This document shows positions 39,018 to 49,247 of a stretch of DNA of 64,000 nucleotides, piece by piece. The notes beneath the pieces are model-generated. The model was given only the letters and a program-made list of their open reading frames with translations, was not told the DNA's origin and did not search any database. The stretch's first letter is position 1. The number at the start of each line of letters is the position of its first letter. Source of the stretch: Dehalococcoidia bacterium (lineage in GTDB: Bacteria > Chloroflexota > Dehalococcoidia > CAUJGQ01); the NCBI GenBank assembly GCA_042408665.1, contig JBHOQW010000106.1, forward strand, positions 8,868 to 72,867. Reading direction: 5' to 3'. The position numbers were made by a program, and so were the translations under genes.

Positions 39018-40355
39018 ATGCCGCCCGCGCGTGCCACCGATGCGCGTGACGAGCGCCTCCCGTCCGGGCTGCAGCGCACCTTTGCCGCGCTGGGGGAGCC
39101 CGGCTATCGCATCCTCTGGTGGGGGACGCTGTTCTCCTTCCTGGGGATGCAGATGCAGGTGGTGGCCCGCGGGTACCTCGCCTACGAGCTCACCGGCCGG
39201 AACACCGCGCTGGGCGGCGTGATGATCGCGTTCGGCGTGCCCCAACTGCTGCTCTCCCTCTGGGGAGGCGTGGTGGCGGATCGGCTGCCCAAGCGCAACG
39301 TGCTCATGGTCTGGCAGGCGGTGCTCGCCACCACCTCCGGCCTGATGGCCATCGCCATCGCCACCGACCACATCGCCTACTGGATGCTCCTGGCCACGGC
39401 CGTGGTTACCGGTGTGGCCTTTTCCTTCATCGGTCCGGCGCGGCAGGCGTTCATCGGTGACCTCGTACCCGGGCATCTGATGGGCAACGCCATCGTGCTG
39501 CAACAGGCCAATATGAACGGCACCCGCGTCTTCGGGCCGGCGCTGGCCGGGGCGCTAATCGCCACGCCGCTGGTCGGTATGGCGGGGGTGTACGCCCTCA
39601 CCACGTTCGGCTTTCTCGTGGCGGTTGCCACCATGGGGCGCCTGCCGCCCGGCCTCCCGCAGCCGGGTGCCGACCGGCGCTCACCGCTGCAGGACACGCT
39701 GGACGGGCTGCGGTACGTCGTCCACGACCGGCCGATCGGGATTCTGCTGCTAATGTCGTTCTGCGTGGTCTCGCTGGCCTTTCCCTATCAGGGCTTTCTC
39801 GCCTCCGTGGCCAAAAGCGAGTTCCGGCGCGGTGCGGTGGCGCTGGGCGCGCTCTCCTCGGCGGCTGCCATCGGTGCCCTGGGGGCGACGCTCGTCGTCG
39901 CCGGGTTGACCGGTCACCGCCATGTCTGGCACGTGCAGGCCCTCTCCGGCATGGCCTTCGGTGCCGCGCTCATCGCCTTTGGCGTCACGCCTCGCTTCGA
40001 ACTGGCCTTGCTCGCCATCCTGCTGGTCGGCGCCTTCGCCAGCGCCTTTCAATCGCTGAACAACGCTCTGGCGATGACGCTCACCGAGCCGCGGTACTAC
40101 GGTCGGGTACAGGCCCTGCTGGGCATCGGCTGGAGCCTGTTCGGCATTGTGTCGCTGCCCCTCGGCGTCGTGGCCGACGCCATCGGCATCCGCCTCACGC
40201 TCGCCCTCATGGGCCTGAGCGCGATCATCACGGTGGCGGGGTTGCACCTGCTCGCCCTGCTCACCGGTGCCAGCCGGAAGCCGTACGCCCACCGCTCCGC
40301 GGTGGCGGGCGCGGCGTTCGGCGAGAAGCCCACCTCGCGCCGCCCGCACCGCTAG
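39018..40355 (+). CDS. MFS transporter
   Basis: 445 aa with about 12 hydrophobic helices. N-terminal YRILWWGTLFSFLGMQMQ motif of the EntS/MFS_3 type. Confidence 0.88.
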   Translation: MPPARATDARDERLPSGLQRTFAALGEPGYRILWWGTLFSFLGMQMQVVARGYLAYELTGRNTALGGVMIAFGVPQLLLSLWGGVVADRLPKRNVLMVWQAVLATTSGLMAIAIATDHIAYWMLLATAVVTGVAFSFIGPARQAFIGDLVPGHLMGNAIVLQQANMNGTRVFGPALAGALIATPLVGMAGVYALTTFGFLVAVATMGRLPPGLPQPGADRRSPLQDTLDGLRYVVHDRPIGILLLMSFCVVSLAFPYQGFLASVAKSEFRRGAVALGALSSAAAIGALGATLVVAGLTGHRHVWHVQALSGMAFGAALIAFGVTPRFELALLAILLVGAFASAFQSLNNALAMTLTEPRYYGRVQALLGIGWSLFGIVSLPLGVVADAIGIRLTLALMGLSAIITVAGLHLLALLTGASRKPYAHRSAVAGAAFGEKPTSRRPHR

Positions 40356-40370
40356 GGCACCCCAGTGCAT

Positions 40371-40388
40371 CGCGCGCCCCGGCGCGCG
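40371..40388. terminator. GC palindrome between the convergent MFS and glnD genes
   Basis: CGCGCGCC-cc-GGCGCGCG, immediately 3' of both stop codons. No U-tract. Confidence 0.3.
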
Positions 40389-40390
40389 GG

Positions 40391-43346
<2,956 letters not shown>

Positions 43347-43458
43347 TCACCCCTTCTGTGAAGGAGCCCGCACCCGGGGCCCCGCTGTGCGGCTTGTAGC
43401 GGAGGCGGGGCGCCGGCGGGCGCCGGGGCCTGCCCACCGTCCAGCTCTCTGGACCGTA

Positions 43459-44700
43459 TCACGCCACTTCAGAGAGTGTGTATGCCTGCTCCTCGTGCAG
43501 GGAGATATCCAGCCCCGTGCGCTCCTGCTCCTCGGTGGCGCGCAGGCCGACCACCACATCGACCAGCTTGGCGAGGACGAAGCTCACCACGAAGCCAAAG
43601 ACGAGCACGGCCACCACGGCCACCACCTGCTTCCCGAAGAAGGCCACATCGCCATAGATGAGCCCCTGCGCGTCGCCTAGGCCTTCCGGGTTGATGGAGC
43701 GTTGGGCGAACACGCCCAAGAGCAGCGAGCCGACAATGCCGCCCACCAGGTGTACACCCACCACATCGAGCGAGTCGTCGTAGCGCAGCTTGAACTTGAG
43801 GCTGACGGCCAGGAAGCAGATCACCCCGGCGGCGATGCCGATCACGATCGCCGCCAGCGGGCCGACGAAGCCGGCGCACGGGGTGATGGCAACGAGCCCG
43901 GCCACCGCGCCGGAGGCCGCGCCCAGGGTGGTGGGCTTGCCCGTTTTGATCCACTCAGCCGCCACCCAGCCAAGCGCGGCCATCGCGGCGGCCACGTGCG
44001 TGGCCACAAAGGCGCTGGCCGCCAGGCGGCCGGCGGTGAGCGCCGAGCCGGCGTTGAAGCCGAACCAGCCGAACCAGAGGATGCCGGTGCCGATCAGCGT
44101 GAGCGGAAGGGAGTGCGGCCGGAACAGTTCGCGGCCGAAGCCCTTGCGTGGACCCAGGACCAGGACGCAGGCCAGGGCGGCGATGCCGGCGTTGATGTGC
44201 ACCACCAGCCCGCCGGCGAAGTCGCGGGCGCCCATCTTGTAGATCCAGCCGTCCGAAGCAAACGCCCAGTGGGCGACGAGGGAGTACACGATCAGCGACC
44301 ACAGGGTGCAGAACACCACCCAGGCCGAGAATTTCATCCGCTCGGCCACGGCGCCGGTGATCAGGGCGGGGGTGATGATGGCGAACATGAGCTGGAAGGC
44401 CATGAAGGCCGCGTCGGGCACCTTCGTACCCGGCCACGGGTTCTCACCCGTGATGTCCTTCAGACCGATGTAGCTCAGCTTGCCGATCAGCCCGCCGCCG
44501 GCATCGGGGCCAAAGGCCAGCGTAAAACCAACCAGCACCCAGATCAGCGTGACGATCGAGATGGTGAAGAAGTTCTTCATCAGCATGTTGAGGACGTTTT
44601 TGGACCTCACCATGCCGCCGTAAAACAACGCCAGGCCCGGCGTCATGAACAGCACCAGCGCCGCGCCGGCCAGCACCCATGCCGTGTCGCCCGTGTCCAT
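43459..44700 (-). CDS. amt: ammonium transporter (Amt family)
   Basis: ORF 43459..44769 trimmed to ATG 44700 (GGGGAGGTGG upstream). Motifs DTAWVLAGAALVLFMTPGLALFYGGMVR...DFAGGLVVHINAG...VVGVHLVGGIVG. Confidence 0.92.
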   Translation of the reverse strand: MDTGDTAWVLAGAALVLFMTPGLALFYGGMVRSKNVLNMLMKNFFTISIVTLIWVLVGFTLAFGPDAGGGLIGKLSYIGLKDITGENPWPGTKVPDAAFMAFQLMFAIITPALITGAVAERMKFSAWVVFCTLWSLIVYSLVAHWAFASDGWIYKMGARDFAGGLVVHINAGIAALACVLVLGPRKGFGRELFRPHSLPLTLIGTGILWFGWFGFNAGSALTAGRLAASAFVATHVAAAMAALGWVAAEWIKTGKPTTLGAASGAVAGLVAITPCAGFVGPLAAIVIGIAAGVICFLAVSLKFKLRYDDSLDVVGVHLVGGIVGSLLLGVFAQRSINPEGLGDAQGLIYGDVAFFGKQVVAVVAVLVFGFVVSFVLAKLVDVVVGLRATEEQERTGLDISLHEEQAYTLSEVA

Positions 44701-44775
44701 CGTGCCACCTCCCCATACGCGCGCGGCGGCCGCAGCGTCGGCAGCCGCCCGTCGAGGGCATGGTGGCAAGCGCGC

Positions 44776-44794
44776 GTTTCAGCAGTGTTTCAGC
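44776..44794 (-). promoter_or_regulatory. tandem direct repeat GCTGAAAC-act-GCTGAAAC upstream of amt-glnK-glnD
   Basis: Two perfect 8-mers with 11-nt periodicity (plus-strand GTTTCAGC at 44776-44783 and 44787-44794), 76-94 nt upstream of the amt ATG. Confidence 0.35.
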
Positions 44795-44821
44795 GAGATG
44801 AAGTTCCTGTTGCAGGTGTCG

Positions 44822-45550
44822 TTACCCGGCGTCGGCCGCCAGCGGATGGCGCTCCACCACGACCGCGCCCGTGGCCGTAAAGCGGACCACGTTCACCGAG
44901 CGCGCCAGCTCCGGCGAGCCGCAGTAGTAGGCCGGCACCGCGCCGTCACCCACCCGCACCGCCCGCTCCCAGTGGCCGAGGGCGACGTAGTCCGTGTCCA
45001 GGGCACGCAGCTCCTCCGGGTGAATAAGCCAGGAGCGGTGATGGTCGTGCGGGCCGGAGACCCAGTGACCGTGCGCCGTGGTCACGTGGCGCCGCCCCGG
45101 TCGGCTGCGCGGGCGGGCGTCGGCCAGCGGGGACATATCAGCGTAGTCGTGGTGCGGCCGCCCCCAGATCTCCAGGTCCAGTTCCGGCAACACCACCACC
45201 TCGTCGTGGGTAACGCCAAAGACGTGCACGTTGGGCGGGTCGCTGAGGCCACCCCGCCGGTACACGGAGCCGGGAGCCAGACAATCGTGGTTGCCGGGCA
45301 GGATCACCACCGGGATGGCGGCATCGGCCAGGGCGCGGGCGACGGCGTCCAGCAGGCGAAGCGGCACGCGGTTGTGGTCGAAGATGTCGCCGGCCAGAAG
45401 GAGCAGGTCGGCGCCCACGGTGCGGGCCGCCGCCAGCACGCGCGGCAGCGCGGCCAGCTCTGGCCCGTGCGGGGCGGCGCCGAGATGGAGGTCCGAGCTG
45501 TGCACGAGCACTAGCTCCCGCCTCGCGCCGCCATCGCCGTTCTGCCTCAC
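44822..45550 (-). CDS. metallophosphoesterase (calcineurin-like) family protein
   Basis: Motifs SSDLHLG, LLLAGDIFDH, ILPGNHDC, GHWE. The GTG start at 45550 is uncertain. Confidence 0.82.
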   Translation of the reverse strand: MRQNGDGGARRELVLVHSSDLHLGAAPHGPELAALPRVLAAARTVGADLLLLAGDIFDHNRVPLRLLDAVARALADAAIPVVILPGNHDCLAPGSVYRRGGLSDPPNVHVFGVTHDEVVVLPELDLEIWGRPHHDYADMSPLADARPRSRPGRRHVTTAHGHWVSGPHDHHRSWLIHPEELRALDTDYVALGHWERAVRVGDGAVPAYYCGSPELARSVNVVRFTATGAVVVERHPLAADAG

Positions 45551-45719
45551 CCGCCGCCCTCCGCATCCGTTTACCCTGCCAGTCTGGCACAGGCACGCCG
45601 ATGGCGGTAGGTCCGTACGCGGCGCGACAGAGAGGGGGGCAGATGGGCTATGGCTCGGCGTCCCCGCATCGATACCTCAAGGGGGCCACGGCTATGGCCC
45701 GTGCAGAGGCCGGGGGAAG

Positions 45720-46202
45720 ATGGTCATGAACCAGGACGCGCTGCGGCGGGCACTACGGGACGGTGACGGCAATCCACCGCTGCTCGACCCGGCCACCGGC
45801 GCCTTGAGCCGGGAGGCGTTCATCTTGCGGATAGAGGAGGCGGCCGCGCTGAGCGCGCGGCTCGGCCACGGCATCGCCATCGTCGTTGTTGAGGTCCAGT
45901 GGCCGCCGCCCGGTCCGCTGCTGGACGCCGTGCTGGGCGAGCTGGTGGACCGGCTGTGGGCGCGGGCGCGCCGCTCCGACAGCGTCGCCCGGTTGGCGGC
46001 CGATCGCCTGGCACTGCTGTTGCCGGCCACGGACCGGTACGGCGCCGCCCGCACCGCCGCGCGGCTGGAACGATTGCTGGCCGCGCCCTGCCGGGTGGGA
46101 CCGCAGCCCCTGCAGCCGCGCCTTACGGTGCAGGTGGCCGGCACCCCGGCCGGTCGGCCTGCCGCCCCGGCCGACGTGCTGGCGCTGATCGACGCCGGCT
46201 GA
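45720..46202 (+). CDS. stand-alone degenerate GGDEF-like domain protein (A-site lost, RxxD retained)
   Basis: C-terminal 160 aa of ORF 45231..46202. Segments DPATGALSREAF..., IAIVVVEV, RRSD-SVARL-AADRL-ALLLP align by eye to DPLTGLxNRR, the DxD strand and RxxD-x5-GGDEF. Confidence 0.65.
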   Translation: MVMNQDALRRALRDGDGNPPLLDPATGALSREAFILRIEEAAALSARLGHGIAIVVVEVQWPPPGPLLDAVLGELVDRLWARARRSDSVARLAADRLALLLPATDRYGAARTAARLERLLAAPCRVGPQPLQPRLTVQVAGTPAGRPAAPADVLALIDAG

Positions 46203-46217
46203 CACGGCCGCGCCGCG

Positions 46218-46499
46218 CTACACGACCAGGGCGCCTTCCGGCACCGGCGTCCCCGGCGCCAGCCCCTCCACCCGCACCCGGTCTGGCGGCCACAGGCTCA
46301 GCCGCACCGTGAGCGCCTCGCGCCGGCCATGGACGTCCAACACGATCTCCTCGCCCATATCCAGGTGCTCGCGCAACGGCCGCGCGGCGCGCAGCACCAC
46401 GGCGTTCACCGCCGGGGCCAGCTCCGGCCGGCGGGCCAGGTCATCTTGCGCCTGCTCGCTCAGCTCCACGGTAAACGGCGGCGGTGGCGGCTCGGCCAT
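46218..46499 (-). CDS. hypothetical protein (about 93 aa)
   Basis: ORF 46218..46532 with very high GC3. ATG 46499 has GGGAGGG 9 nt upstream. Alternative starts are 46508 and 46532. Confidence 0.5.
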   Translation of the reverse strand: MAEPPPPPFTVELSEQAQDDLARRPELAPAVNAVVLRAARPLREHLDMGEEIVLDVHGRREALTVRLSLWPPDRVRVEGLAPGTPVPEGALVV

Positions 46500-46539
46500 G
46501 CCATCCATCCCTCCCTCATCCCCAGCCCTCACGAGTGTT

Positions 46540-46603
46540 GCGTGCTGAGCGATGAGTGGTCGGCAGCTCCCCTACACCGCGCTCAGCACGCATCGCTCAG
46601 CAC
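46540..46603. repeat. intergenic inverted/tandem repeat (GCGTGCTGAGCGATG ... CGCTCAGCACGC-ATCGCTCAGCAC)
   Basis: The left arm at 46540-46554 is perfectly complementary to either of two right-arm copies offset by 14 nt (46580-46591 and 46591-46603). The Ldh_2 stop codon lies inside the last copy. Confidence 0.6.
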
Positions 46604-47694
46604 TGGTCAGCAGGGGCCAGGGCGGCCTCCATGGGGCGAGCGCGGGGCAGGCCGAGGCTGTCGGCCAGGTCGTCCAAGGTCTTGACCACGGAGACGTGCA
46701 GGGGGATGCCGTGAGCGACCCGCTCGGCGCGCGTCTCGAACTCCCGCTGGCCTGGGAGGAGCACCGGCCTGGCCGGGTCCGCCGGCTCTGCCGTGCGGAA
46801 GGTGCGCTGCATGGCGTCCATCATCGCCTTGAACTCCTCCACGGGCCGGAAGGCGTCGATGCGCCACGCGGCGAAGAAGTGGCCCACGCCGCCGCCGTAC
46901 TGGCCCAGGGCCATGCTGTACCCGGCACCGGAGAGCACACCGGTGAAGACGTCCACCATCACCCCCAGGCAGTAGCCCTTGTAGGAACTGGTCTCTTCGC
47001 GCGAGCCGAGGGGCGTGAGCCCGCCCTCGCGGTAGACGGTGGCGATGTCGGTGGTGGGCCGTCCCTCGCCGTCCAGGGCCCAGCCGGGTGGGATCGGTTT
47101 GCCCTCGCGCAGGGCGATCTCCAGCTTGCCCATAGCGACGGTGCTGGTGGCCAGGTCCATGAGGAAGGGCTGCTCGCTGCCGGCCGGGGCGGCCACGGCG
47201 ATGGGGTTGGTGCCGATCATCTTCTTTTTGGCGCGCGTGGGCACGAACCACGGCCCGGCGTTGGTCATGGCCAGACCGATCATGTTCTCCGGCACGGCCA
47301 TGAGGGCATAGTAGCCGGCGGCGCCGAAGTGACGGCTGTTGAAGACCGCCACGCTGCCCATGCCCACCGCCCGGGCCTTCTCGATGGCCAGGCGCATGGC
47401 CCGGTAGCCGGTGATCAGGCCGAGGCCGCGGTCGCCGTCGATCAAGGCCGTGGCGGGCGTCTCGCGCACCACGCGGATGGTGGGGCGAGGGTTGACGCGC
47501 CCTTCTTTGAGGGCCGGCGCGTAGGAACCGTGCGAGGGCAGGTGCGCGATGCCGTGCGAGTCGATGCCCATCAGGTCGGCCTCGATCAGGATCTCGGCGG
47601 CCAGACGGGCGTCGGCCGGCTCGACGCCGAGGTGGGTGAACACCCGTGCGGTGAAGTCGATCAGCTCCGCGGCGGTGTACCGGATCGTGGTCAT
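46597..47694 (-). CDS. Ldh_2-family (malate/L-lactate/sulfolactate dehydrogenase-like) oxidoreductase
   Basis: ORF 46597..47985 trimmed to ATG 47694. Segments ADLMGIDSHGIAHLP...NPIAVAAPAG...GSREETSSYKGY. Confidence 0.86.
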   Translation of the reverse strand: MTTIRYTAAELIDFTARVFTHLGVEPADARLAAEILIEADLMGIDSHGIAHLPSHGSYAPALKEGRVNPRPTIRVVRETPATALIDGDRGLGLITGYRAMRLAIEKARAVGMGSVAVFNSRHFGAAGYYALMAVPENMIGLAMTNAGPWFVPTRAKKKMIGTNPIAVAAPAGSEQPFLMDLATSTVAMGKLEIALREGKPIPPGWALDGEGRPTTDIATVYREGGLTPLGSREETSSYKGYCLGVMVDVFTGVLSGAGYSMALGQYGGGVGHFFAAWRIDAFRPVEEFKAMMDAMQRTFRTAEPADPARPVLLPGQREFETRAERVAHGIPLHVSVVKTLDDLADSLGLPRARPMEAALAPADQC

Positions 47695-47765
47695 ACGCGC
47701 TCCCCAAACGGGCAAAGGCCCCATGTTGCGTGCCGGGCCACCCCGGCGGGCGGTCCAGCCGCCGC

Positions 47766-47774
47766 ATTCTACCA
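47766..47774 (-). promoter_or_regulatory. extended -10-like element TGGTAGAAT upstream of the Ldh_2 gene
   Basis: Read on the minus strand, about 70 nt upstream of ATG 47694 and directly after the long hairpin element. Confidence 0.3.
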
Positions 47775-47810
47775 CGCCCGGCGCGCGGCCCGGGATAGAG
47801 CGGGGGTGAT

Positions 47811-47875
47811 GGCCCTCACCCCGGGCCCCTCTCCGGCACGCGGGAAAGGGGTGACCGAAGGCCGGGGTGAGGGGT
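47811..47875. repeat. long imperfect hairpin flanked by GGCCCTCACCCCGG / CCGGGGTGAGGG
   Basis: 12-bp perfect outer inverted repeat (CCCTCACCCCGG at 47813-47824, CCGGGGTGAGGG at 47862-47873) with further inner complementarity (CCCCTCTCC / GGAAAGGGG). Confidence 0.6.
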
Positions 47876-47887
47876 GCGTGCCGGGCG

Positions 47888-48559
47888 TCACACCGGCCAG
47901 CGCTCCTGCTCCCACGCCATCTGCCAGAAGGCCAGCTCATACCGGCTGGAGGTGAGGAATGCCTGTTCCATGCGCCGGTGCACATCCGGCGGGGCGCCCG
48001 CCGCCAGGCGGTCCACCAGCTCCCGGCACCACTCGGCTAGGGCGGCGAACTCCGGGTCGGCGTACATCTCCACCCACTTCGCGTAGCGCGGCTCTGGGGG
48101 CAGGCCACGTGCCTTGAGCGCGCACCCGATCTCGCTGAACCCCCACATGCACGGCAGCAGCGCCGCCGCCAGCTCGACGAAATCGCCGGTGGCGGCCACG
48201 CGCAGGAGGAAATCGGTGTAGGCGCGCGTGGCGGGCGCCATCTCCTCCCGCTCCAGCTCCTCGGGCGTGATGCCGAACTCGCGCGCGTAGGAGCGGTGCA
48301 GCTCCATCTCCGTGCGCGCCGTGGCCTGAAGCAGGTCGGCGAAGCGGGTGAGGGTGGCCAGGTCCGGCGCGCGTGCGGCGGCCAGCCCGAACAGGCGGCA
48401 GTACTCGATCAGGAACCGGTAGTCCTGCCGCACCCAGTGCTTGAACTTCTCCAGGTCGAGCGTGCCGTCGCCGATGCCGCGCACGAACGGGTGCTCGTGC
48501 TGCGCCCGCCACACCGGCTCGGCCAGCGCCCGCAGGTGATCGGTAAACCGCCCGCTCAT
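47888..48559 (-). CDS. tenA: thiaminase II / aminopyrimidine aminohydrolase TenA (Cys-type)
   Basis: 223 aa with HPFVRGIGDGTLDLEKFKHWVRQDYRFL...AALLPCMWGFSEIG. Confidence 0.88.
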   Translation of the reverse strand: MSGRFTDHLRALAEPVWRAQHEHPFVRGIGDGTLDLEKFKHWVRQDYRFLIEYCRLFGLAAARAPDLATLTRFADLLQATARTEMELHRSYAREFGITPEELEREEMAPATRAYTDFLLRVAATGDFVELAAALLPCMWGFSEIGCALKARGLPPEPRYAKWVEMYADPEFAALAEWCRELVDRLAAGAPPDVHRRMEQAFLTSSRYELAFWQMAWEQERWPV

Positions 48560-48574
48560 CGTTTCACCCGTCGC

Positions 48575-49246
48575 CTAGCGTCCGCCGACGGCTGCGTACA
48601 GCGTATCCCAATACATCAGCTCGTAGGCCTGAAGCAGGCGGGCCGCGCGGCGCACGGCGCGCTCGTCCGCCCCGCGCGCCAGCCCCTGCGCGATCACCGC
48701 CAGGCTGTCCGCCTCAAAGGTGGGCGGCGCGGCTGCGAACTGGTCGAAGAAGCGCACGTCCGCCTCTGCCAAGCCATAGCGCTCGCGCAGGGCGCGGCTC
48801 ATGCGACCGCAGCTCTGGCCCCAGGCGGGGAAGTTGACGAGATAGGCGGCCGCCACCTCCGCCTCCGAGCCGTACAGCGCCAGCCAGGCCATGTAGCAGG
48901 TGTAGGCGTGGGCCCCCGGCAGCGGCTCGTAGGCGGCCAACGCCGCCTCATCCATCCCCAGCGCGCGGGCGAAGGCCAGCAGCGCCGAAAACGCCGCCTG
49001 CTCGCCGGCCAGCGTGCCCAGGAAATAGTCCCGTGCCGGCGTGCCGCCGAAGCGGCTCACCAGGTGGGCCACGCTGCGCAGGTCGCTGCCGATGATGAAG
49101 TACTGCTCGCCGGCAAAGGTGCGTAGGGCCTCGCGCGGCAGCTCTCCCGCCTCCAGGGCGCGCAAGTACCGGTGCCCGAGCAGCTTCTCCTCCACCGGCG
49201 CGATCTCGCGCCGGATCGCCGCCACCAGCGCCGCCGCATCGCTCAT
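48575..49246 (-). CDS. TenA/PqqC-like (haem-oxygenase-fold) paralogue
   Basis: ORF 48575..49273 trimmed to ATG 49246, 1 nt after the cytX stop. Helical protein with FAGEQYFII...YTCYMAWLALYG...FPAWGQSCG. No Cys is seen at the TenA nucleophile position. Confidence 0.72.
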   Translation of the reverse strand: MSDAAALVAAIRREIAPVEEKLLGHRYLRALEAGELPREALRTFAGEQYFIIGSDLRSVAHLVSRFGGTPARDYFLGTLAGEQAAFSALLAFARALGMDEAALAAYEPLPGAHAYTCYMAWLALYGSEAEVAAAYLVNFPAWGQSCGRMSRALRERYGLAEADVRFFDQFAAAPPTFEADSLAVIAQGLARGADERAVRRAARLLQAYELMYWDTLYAAVGGR

Positions 49247-49247
49247 G

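Noticed and set aside
45585-45599. Sigma-54-like TGGCAC...GC element upstream of the GGDEF-like gene.
   Set aside because: The GC of the -12 element is displaced by one position relative to the GG of the -24 element (TGGCACAGGCACGCC), and no TTGC is present. It is better described as half of the TGCCAGtCTGGCA palindrome.
46218-46499. The ~93-aa ORF as a RelE/ParE-type toxin (FTVELSEQAQDDL... resembles the N-terminal strand-helix of ParE).
   Set aside because: The similarity is limited to a few residues. There is no adjacent antitoxin-sized gene, and the C-terminal catalytic-type residues are not apparent.
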